From Octopus vulgaris (taxonomy: Eukaryota): a DNA stretch of 64,000 nt. How positions within the stretch are numbered: position 1 is the stretch's first letter; each line of letters opens with the position of its first letter. Location of the stretch: contig OX597830.1 of assembly GCA_951406725.2 (NCBI GenBank), forward strand, positions 77,748,001 through 77,812,000, given 5' to 3'. Positions 54,236 through 64,000 of this stretch are shown in pieces. A program made the position numbers and the translations under genes. The notes under the pieces were generated by a model. It ran no database searches. It saw nothing but the letters and a program-made list of their open reading frames with translations, and was not told the DNA's origin.

Positions 54236-54619
54236 GTGGAGGCGCAATGGCCCAGTGGTTAGGGCAGCGGACTCGCGGTCGTAGAATCGCGGTTTCGATT
54301 CCCAGACCGGGCGTTGTGAGTGTTTATTGAGCGAAAACGCCTAAAGCTTCACGAAGCTCCGGCAGGGATGGTGATGATCCCTGCTGTACTCTTTCACCAC
54401 AACTATCTCTCACTCTTACTTCCTGTTTCTGTTGTACCTGTATTTCAAAGGGCCGGCCTTGTCACTCTCTGTGTCACGCTGAATATCCCCGAGAACTACG
54501 TTAAGGGTACACGTGTCTGTGGAGTGCTCAGCCACTTACACGTTAATTTCACGAGCAGGCTGTTCCGTTGATCGGATCAACCGGAACCCTCATTGTCGTA
54601 ACCGACGGAGTGCTTCCAT
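54236..54619 (+). mobile_element. SINE family C, tail type 2
   Basis: Same head as 51098; its 3' tail matches 31580-31698. Confidence 0.88.
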
Positions 54620-54629
54620 CGTATATATA

Positions 54630-54685
54630 GTGATGATGACGACGACTAAGACGACGACGACTAAGACGACGACGACGACGATGCT

Positions 54686-54716
<31 letters not shown>

Positions 54717-55072
54717 ATGCCGATGATGTTGACGGTGGTGGTGGTGGTGGTGACGATGATGGTGGAGGAATGGATGATGGTGGTGATTGTGACAATCACT
54801 ACGACGACGACAAGGAGGAGTATGAGGATGAGGGTGACGATGAGAAAGACGACTACGACGACGATGATGATAATGATAATGATGACGACGATGACGACAA
54901 TGATGCTGACGGCGGTGGTGATGGTGGTGATGGTGGTGGTGGTGGTGGTGGTGGTGGTGGTGGGGACGATGATGGTGGTGATGATTGTGTCAATCACCAC
55001 GACGACTACAAGAAGGAGTATGAAGGCGAGGGTGGCGATGATAAAGACGATGACGACGACGACGACGACGAC

Positions 55073-55113
<41 letters not shown>

Positions 55114-55160
55114 CGACGATGACAATGACGAAAATGAAGATGATGATGATGACGGTGATA
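54630..55160. repeat. (GAT/GAC/GGT)n array with an internal duplication about 200 bp apart
   Basis: GATTGTG(A/T)CAATCAC..CAAG(G/A)AGGAGTATGA at about 54785 and 54982. Confidence 0.85.
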
Positions 55161-55458
55161 CAGGTGAAGTAGGAAGCCTATCACCATCTCAATCCGTTTC
55201 ACATCATTGAAAGATGTGTGGACAAATCATGAAATAACGTTAATGGACCTTTTTTTAGTCACTTCTGATGTCATTAACGCCTGATTGAAGTGTGTGGGAG
55301 TGGGGTTAGTATGTGCGCATGTGTCTGTATATGTATGTATGTATGTATGGATGGATGGATGGATGGATATGTGCGTATGTAAATAATGTTGGCAAATACA
55401 CAATTAATTAATTGCCTCTTGCCTCTTGGGTTTTGCTATAATTACCGTTCACTTATAG

Positions 55459-55496
<38 letters not shown>

Positions 55497-55609
55497 CATG
55501 CATATATATAAAATATAATGTGTGTATATATGCATATGTTTGTGTTTGTGTGTGTGTGTATGCATGCATGCATACATAGTTGTATGTGTATATCCGTTTA
55601 GCGTTGACT

Positions 55610-55651
<42 letters not shown>

Positions 55652-55748
55652 AGTTGAGATTTATAATACTTTTACTTTGACCGACTAAAAGACAGGCTAG
55701 GCCAAATGAAACTAAGTGTGTCTATATGTGTGTGTATCTCTGTATGCC

Positions 55749-55785
<37 letters not shown>

Positions 55786-55848
55786 ATACATATACCCACG
55801 CATACATGTATACATACGTATACATATATGTATTTATTTACAGATATA

Positions 55849-55910
<62 letters not shown>

Positions 55911-55932
55911 CACACACACACACATGCAGAGA

Positions 55933-55977
<45 letters not shown>

Positions 55978-56130
55978 AAAACTAAATTAATGTATGTGAT
56001 GGACAATTGTACTAAATTTTTTCGAGAGCAAAGGTTACTAGGATAAAATATACAAATATTGGCAATGAAAGCTCTAGATTTGGATCCTGAACTGTGTATA
56101 AGATCGATGTTACGAGGATTTAATCTGGAC

Positions 56131-56655
56131 CAGTGGCGGCTCGTAGATAAAATTAGTTGGGGTGCTGCTTCAGAAAATGTTTAACCATTGTTTTCATTTT
56201 GTGTAAAAGGAAATAAACATGTAAAAAGAATATTTATGCATAAACTTGATCGTTTCATGTTTTAGCCACCGCAGGGTTGTGTGTTTAATTTGTTCACTGA
56301 ACACCGCCGCGAAATCCCCCTTGTTTTTCAAAAATCCCCGCTAAATCACAAAATAAAGTGGGGGAATGCCCCCTATTTTTCAAATCCTGTCAGCAACACT
56401 GAAGCTTGAAGCAGGATAATAATCTAATTCTACACTTCTATCACATTCAAGAATATAAACACGATTTTAAGCACAACACACGCTGAGTCAAAAAGAAACT
56501 ACCTTTCATAAGAACACCGGGGTTAGCACTGTCGTTCACGCAGTGAAAGAAAGAATTAAAGAAAAAAGGACTCATTATATTGAAAGTTATCGATAATATC
56601 GAGTGGAATTAGGGGCCACAGCATATCCGCAGTGCCTATACTCGTGCCGCTACTG
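56131..56655. mobile_element. Non-autonomous hAT transposon
   Basis: TIRs CAGTGGCGGCTCG / CGTGCCGCTACTG; perfect 8-bp TSD ATCTGGAC (56123-56130, 56656-56663). Confidence 0.85.
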
Positions 56656-56699
56656 ATCTGGACATTATTAATTCATAATGATTTTAAAGATAATAGAAA

Positions 56700-56860
56700 G
56701 GAATGGCTGTGTGGTAAGAAGTATGATCCCTAATCTCATCGTCCTGGGTTCAGCCTCGCTGTGTGATACCTTGAGCAAGATTCTTCTCTTCTACTATAGG
56801 CTCGGGCCGTCGAAAACCTTGTGAGCGGATTTAGTGAACAGAAACTGAGAGAAGCTTCTT
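56700..56860 (+). mobile_element. SINE family A, diverged head
   Basis: TGGCTGTGTGGTAAGAAG..GGGTTCAG..CTTGTGAGCGGATTT. Confidence 0.7.
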
Positions 56861-56885
56861 GTAAGTTTGTATGTATTTGTGTATG

Positions 56886-56919
<34 letters not shown>

Positions 56920-56943
56920 TGTATGTATATTTATGTATGTATG

Positions 56944-56977
<34 letters not shown>

Positions 56978-57558
56978 TGTATGTATGTATGTATGTGTGT
57001 ATGTGTGTATGTATCAGCCGAAACGCTGTGTTAACAACAAACAAGATGAGGATAAATATCCGTCGAATGTAAATAATGTAAATAATGTACATAATTCCTC
57101 ATCTCTAAAGAAGTAAAGCGTTTTATATTAAAAGAAAAAACATAAAACAAGAATTCACACTCCTTATGTAGTTGTCGTTGTGGTCGCTAGCGTTGTTGGT
57201 GATGTAGCCTCAGGATAGATTTGTTCAATAAGCAAGCAAACCTATAATTAAAGCTGAACCAGTTGTGACTATTTCACATTGTGATTCAGAGGCACAGTCC
57301 ACCAAGGAGAATATAATCTAATGCGTTCATCTTCTCTAAAATTAATGCAAGATTTCGAATTTGTAGGGAGATGTGGCTGCTATTTATAGCGTGTCGAGCT
57401 CATCCTCGTGCAGAGCTCATCGCAACGCTGACACATTGAGCGTTTCTTTCCTTGGTTCGTCGTCACATAGAATCTCTCTCTCCCTCTCCCTCTCTCTCTC
57501 TATCTATCTCTCTCTCCTTCTATCTCGCCCGCTCACTTTCTATTTTCCTTTCTGTCCT

Positions 57559-57589
<31 letters not shown>

Positions 57590-57717
57590 TTCTTCGCTTC
57601 TTCCTGTCTCTCTACCTATCTATAACTCTCTTTTTCCCCCTTTTTTTCTGTTTCTCTGTACTCCCCTCTGTTCTCTTCTTTCTTGCTATTCTCTCTCTCT
57701 CTCTCTTTCCCCATCTC

Positions 57718-57765
<48 letters not shown>

Positions 57766-58710
57766 GCTCGTTTTCTATTTTTCTTTCAGTCTTTCTCCAC
57801 CCTTTCTCTGTCCGTGCCTTCCTCCGCCTTTTTCTGTCTCTCTCCCATTTTCTATCTGTCTCTCTCCTTTTCTCTCTTTTTCACCACCTCTTTTTCTGGT
57901 CTTCTGTTCTCCTGTCTCTCACCTCCCTCTCTCTACGAATCTCTTTTGCTCTCTCGCCTGATTCATTCTCGCCATATTCAAATATTTTATTAATACTTTA
58001 AAAAAATACTGTGGCATCTTTTGATTCCACTTTTGCAATTTCTTTCGCATTTGGTTGAAATTAAAAGCAAACGCGAAAAAATTATGTCTCCACTGAAATG
58101 ACGGAGTGATACAGACAACATAACAAAAAAGACAATATAATATAATATAATTTGCTTTTCGTAACTCTCAAACATGAAATATCTCATTTAATATCAAGAT
58201 ATCACAGTAATTATGATACTTTAATTACAATTACAAAACTTAATGAAACACGATCATAATAACTATTTTTTCGTTGCGCTATTTTAATAACCGTCTTTGA
58301 CCAGAGCCGCAATAACACGTCTTTATAAAGCGTTGAATTTGAGATGGTCTTAGTCGACCGAAGCTTATCTAATTGTTATTTATGACATTTAATCCGGATA
58401 AGGAAGAAGAATATGATAATGATTGATGACTGAAACAGTGAAGTGTCGAATTAAATCACTGGAGATAATTAGTTATGTTCCTTTAAGTTCTGAGGTCAAA
58501 CACCAATCGAAGTCACCTTTTAACTTTCAACCTTCCGGGATCGTATGAATGGAAGAGAGCCTTTCTTTACTTTGGTCGTTGGAAGGGACTAGACAGTAAA
58601 GCGCTACAAAATTTAGCCAAAATCCACGCTACCAGCACCGCCTCAATCCGTTTTAGAAAAATTTCACACTTGATAATGTGGTCTTTGCTTTTGTGTAGAT
58701 AAGGAGAAAG

Positions 58711-59120
58711 GTGGAGTCGCAATGGCCCAGTGGTTAGGGTAGCGGACTCGCGGTCGGAGGATCGCGATTTCGATTCCCAGACCGGGCGTTGAGTGTGTTT
58801 ATTGAGCGAAAATACCAACCAGCTCCACAAAGTAGTAAAGAAATAGGTATTTCGTCTGCCGCTACGTTCTGAGTTCAAATTCCGCCGAGGTCGACTTTGC
58901 CTGTCATCCTTTCGGGGTCGATAAATTAAGTACCAGTTACGCACTGGCGCCGATATAATCGACTTAATCCGTTTGTCCTCTCTATGTTTAGCCCCTTGTG
59001 GTTGGTAAAGAAATAGAAATAGCTATTTCGTCTGTCTTTACGCCGAGGTCGACTTTGCCTTTCATCCTTTCGTGGGTCTTTAAATGTGTACATTCGCGCA
59101 CCGGGATCGGTGTAATCAAC
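58711..59120 (+). mobile_element. Family C head (58711-58827) fused to headless family B units
   Basis: ...ACCAGCTCCA|CAAAGTAGTAAAGAAATAGGTATTTCGTCTGCCGC. Confidence 0.8.
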
Positions 59121-59726
59121 TTCACTTCTTCCACGACATTGCCTTGCTATCCAATAAAAGCTGTATTATATCTTTTTTTTTTTATGAAGATTTCGCCGTT
59201 GTTGCTGTTGTTCTTGCCGTTCGCTCAGTCCCAACATACCTGTATTCAAAGGCGTTCCAGCCACTGCAAATCCATTTTTTTAATATATAAATCCAAGCGC
59301 AGTTCTATCCAGTAGATGACACCCCATCTCTTCTTTCTTAACGCGTTAACATGTTATTTCAATAAGATTTACCTGATATCAAATGCTCGGCCGTTACTAT
59401 AGGGCCACACATTTTCAAATAAGGGGTTATCATTTAATCTGATGGCTTTACAAAATCCTTAACCTTTTGATCTTTTGGAATCTCGTGTGAGATTTAGGAA
59501 TTTGAGAACAGGCCAACAAATATAGAATATTTTTGACACACAGCTCGGGAAATAGTCGATTTTTATTAACCCACAAATTGTTGTCATTGTTGTTAGTGTT
59601 GTTGTTGTTGTTGTTGTTGTTGTTATTGCTGCTGCTGTTGTTTGGGCCCATGTCATCCTCGAGAAAGCAGGTCTTTTACTAAAACATTTCCGATCGAGAC
59701 CAACGATGTAAATTTCCAAAGATTAA

Positions 59727-60225
<499 letters not shown>

Positions 60226-60496
60226 GTGTAGGACTCAAAATACACATATGTTTCAGAACGCAGCGTTAGACGAGTACAGAGCGGTAATAAGAAAACAATA
60301 GACAAGAAAGGAATCAACGATTCTCTTATGAACCTTATTAGCTTACAACATTTTCTTCTCTGAGATGTTGAGTACCTGAATAACATAGTTGAGTACCTGA
60401 ACAGCTGAGTACCTGAATAACACCTTATAGCTTGGAAGCTATACGGTATTATTCTGGTACACAACTATGAGTCTATTGCATCTTGTAGCAGGAACA

Positions 60497-60810
60497 GCTA
60501 CAGCCTCGGGCCGACCAAAGCCTTGTGAGTGAATTTGGTAGACGGAAACTAAAAGAAACCCGTCGTATATATCTGTATATGTCTGTGTGTATGCTTATGT
60601 GTCTGTGTTTGTCCCCACAGCAGCCATCGCTTGACAACCGATGTTAGTGTGTGTACGGCCCCGTAACTTAGCGGTTCGGCAAAAGTGAACCAATAAAATA
60701 AGAACTAGGCTTACAAAGAACAAGTCCTGGGGTCGATTTGGTCGAATAAAGGCGACGTTCGAGCATGGCCGCAGTCATGATGACTGCAATGAATAAAAGA
60801 ATAAAAGAAT
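60497..60810 (+). mobile_element. SINE family A, 5'-truncated
   Basis: AGCCTCGGGCCGACCAAAGCCTTGTGAG...(AATAAAAG)n tail. Confidence 0.85.
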
Positions 60811-61176
60811 ATTTGTACACATATGGATATATAAAATTAAAAGTTCATGAAAGGATATTTGATACAATCACAATATTTGTCGAAAGAGTTCCTTCAAAAT
60901 TATGAAACGTTAAAATCATTTTTACAAAGAAACAAATGATACCAAACTTTGGCTATGAGGTTTCTTATTGTGTGCATAGGTGATTTTACTGTGATTTCAG
61001 CGCGAGATTGTGAGGTTTAACAACGAAAACGCTTAGACACAATACGAAAAGTTCCTTCCAAATGGGTTATGCCGTTCTGATAATTTTCCAGAAAATTTTA
61101 TTCCAAACATATACATATATATATAAATAAATATATATATGTAGATATATATATATATATATATCATATATACATA

Positions 61177-61341
61177 GGCGCAGGAGTGGCTCTGTGGTAA
61201 GTAGCTTGCTAACCAACCACATGGCTCTGGGTTCAGTCCCACTGCGTGGCATCTTGGGCAAGTGTCTTCTGCTATAGCCCTGGGCCGACCAATGCCTTGT
61301 GAGTGGATTTGGTAGACGGAAACTGAAAGAAGCTTGTCGCA

Positions 61342-61345
<4 letters not shown>
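61177..61345 (+). mobile_element. SINE family A, 5' half, young
   Basis: GGCGCAGGAGTGGCTCTGTGGTAAG...GAAACTGAAAGAAGC. Confidence 0.88.
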
Positions 61346-61376
<31 letters not shown>

Positions 61377-61377
61377 C

Positions 61378-61409
<32 letters not shown>

Positions 61410-61424
61410 ACATACATATATATA

Positions 61425-61512
<88 letters not shown>

Positions 61513-61708
61513 TACATATATAATCACACACACGTATATGATACATATGCGTGCGTGCGTGTGTGTATAGTTTATCACATGTTATATATATTAAAGATAT
61601 TACATGGTGGGTGGAGTGAGAAAGGACTTAAGCAGTGCATGATGATATAGAAGTAAGGGAGGATTGCGTTCCATGATTCTTTTCTGTTTGCATTTGAATG
61701 CGTACGTG

Positions 61709-61763
<55 letters not shown>

Positions 61764-61821
61764 CGCTATAACGCTACGTAGAAGCTGTATATGAACAGCT
61801 GAAATTATACTTATACTCCTC

Positions 61822-61919
<98 letters not shown>

Positions 61920-62035
61920 CATGCATATATGTATATATATATATATATGTATACATACATATTCCCTTATTTCTCTTATTCTTTTATATGTTTGTTTGCT
62001 CCAGCTTTCAGGCTGCAGCCATGCTGGGGCACACG

Positions 62036-62112
<77 letters not shown>

Positions 62113-62979
62113 CATATATATATATATATATTTATATATACACATTTATATATATAAACATATATATACGTATAATATATATATCGATAACAAATATAGA
62201 CATATACACACATACACGTACATTTATCTGTCTATCTATTATAGACATATATGTGTATATGTACGTGTGTGAGAGAGAGTGACAGAGGGAGAGTATTATA
62301 TATATATATATACTGTATTTGTGTATTTGTATATCCCTCTCAAATGCTTATTGCCAAATATTTATCGTAAGGAAAAAAATTACTTTAAAAAATATCCGGC
62401 TGTATACTAACAAAGGGAAAAAAATAAATTCGATTATTTCGCTCTTCAAAGTCGAAATAAACCAGTAAAGCATAGATGGAAACACTGCAGCATTGTGGGA
62501 GCCAAATCAAAAATAAAATTAGATAAGGTAATAATAATAAATAATAGTAATGAAAAATAACATGATATGAAATAATTGTAAAAAAACTAAAAATAAATCT
62601 AAAGAGAATTTGTATAGAATTTGGTGCCATGAAATCACATCATTAATATTGGATCAATCACCAAACAATTGTACCATTCTTTGTCTGTGGAAAGAACTGA
62701 TTCTGGTAAAACTTAAACAAGGAATAGCATTGGAATTGTTTTTCTTTATTTGTATATTCCGTATTAAAGAAAAGTATGACGTGAAATAGATATAGGTTTT
62801 TGTACGGAGAAAAAACAATATTTTCGTATATATAGTGCACGATGGTGAAATATAATACAATGCGTGATATAATATGATGTTATATAATATATTAATATAT
62901 CATATATGATAATACAATGTAACACAATGTGTGTATGGCTTTTTATTGTTATACGAGATATATATATATATGCACACTC

Positions 62980-63011
<32 letters not shown>

Positions 63012-63097
63012 CACACATACGCGCGTGCACACATATTTAGATAGATAGATAGATAGATAGATACATACATACATACATACATACATACATACATACA

Positions 63098-63128
<31 letters not shown>

Positions 63129-63470
63129 TATGTATGATAAAGGTATTCACATATGCACTTGCTCGCGCTTATTTACACACATACGCAAGCACACGAACAA
63201 TACAAATGCAGATACAAACATATAAAATACTAAAAAGCCACACGTATACATAATATACAGGCACACATATACATACATACATACACACACATATATATAT
63301 TTATTTATTTATATTTATATTAAGGGCATTACTATAATTAAATACCTCATGCTAGGAGGGACTCTTAAAGTCAAAACTACCATAATAAACACACTGCACA
63401 GAACGCGAGGGAATGCAACTTTCGAAGCGAGCCTTTTAAAAACATAATTCAGCTGCACATCATATGATTT

Positions 63471-63538
<68 letters not shown>

Positions 63539-63876
63539 CAAATGCATGTGTGTATACATAAATACATGCATGCATATATTTATACCTGTATATATATATA
63601 TATTTATATTTATATATTTATATGTATATACATGTATATAAAAATAAATAATACACACACACACACATACACACATGAATAAATATATGGATATAGATAT
63701 ACGATCTATAGACACATTTAAATGCATATATACATGTATATACATTTACATTTGATATTCATACCTACATGTATTTTGCATGCCCACAACTGCCATCATG
63801 GAACATGGGCATTAATATATATGTGTATGTATGTATGTATATACACATACATATATATATATATATATACATATAT

Positions 63877-63907
<31 letters not shown>

Positions 63908-64000
63908 CATATATGCACACACATATATATGTATTATGTATATGTATAGATATATAAATTTTTATATCTGTATATATATGTATATATGTATGGATGTGTG

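Noticed and set aside
54513-55210. Poly-Asp/Gly or poly-Met ORFs (possible biomineral or reflectin-like protein)
   Set aside because: Trinucleotide repeat tract open in several frames; no reflectin motif, signal peptide or clear splice context.
60230-60490. Three copies of TGAGTACCTGAA and a GAAACATATGTG motif on the minus strand
   Set aside because: Probably a degraded repeat; the triplet is non-cleavable NUG and no core was found.

Overview
AT-rich eukaryotic DNA that is saturated with repeats and has no credible intact protein-coding gene. It looks intronic or intergenic. The tRNA-derived SINE families and dense (TA)/(TACA)/(TAGA)/(CA) microsatellites are typical of an octopod cephalopod (inferred from recalled repeat sequence, not from a search). 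Nearly all supplied ORFs are microsatellite artefacts. I can resolve at least five SINE families (labelled A-E here; mapping to the published octopus OK/OR1/OR2 names is not asserted), a decayed CR1-like LINE RT, two Tc1/mariner relics, two non-autonomous Helitrons, hAT-type MITEs and a fold-back MITE. The most notable signal is a set of about 10-12 short inserts that sit mostly inside (TA)n tracts and carry type-I hammerhead-ribozyme motifs from several unrelated sequence families, often with an inverted terminal duplication. This architecture is expected of Penelope-like element pLTR remnants or retrozyme-like RNAs. Coordinates of degraded repeats are approximate and were read by eye.
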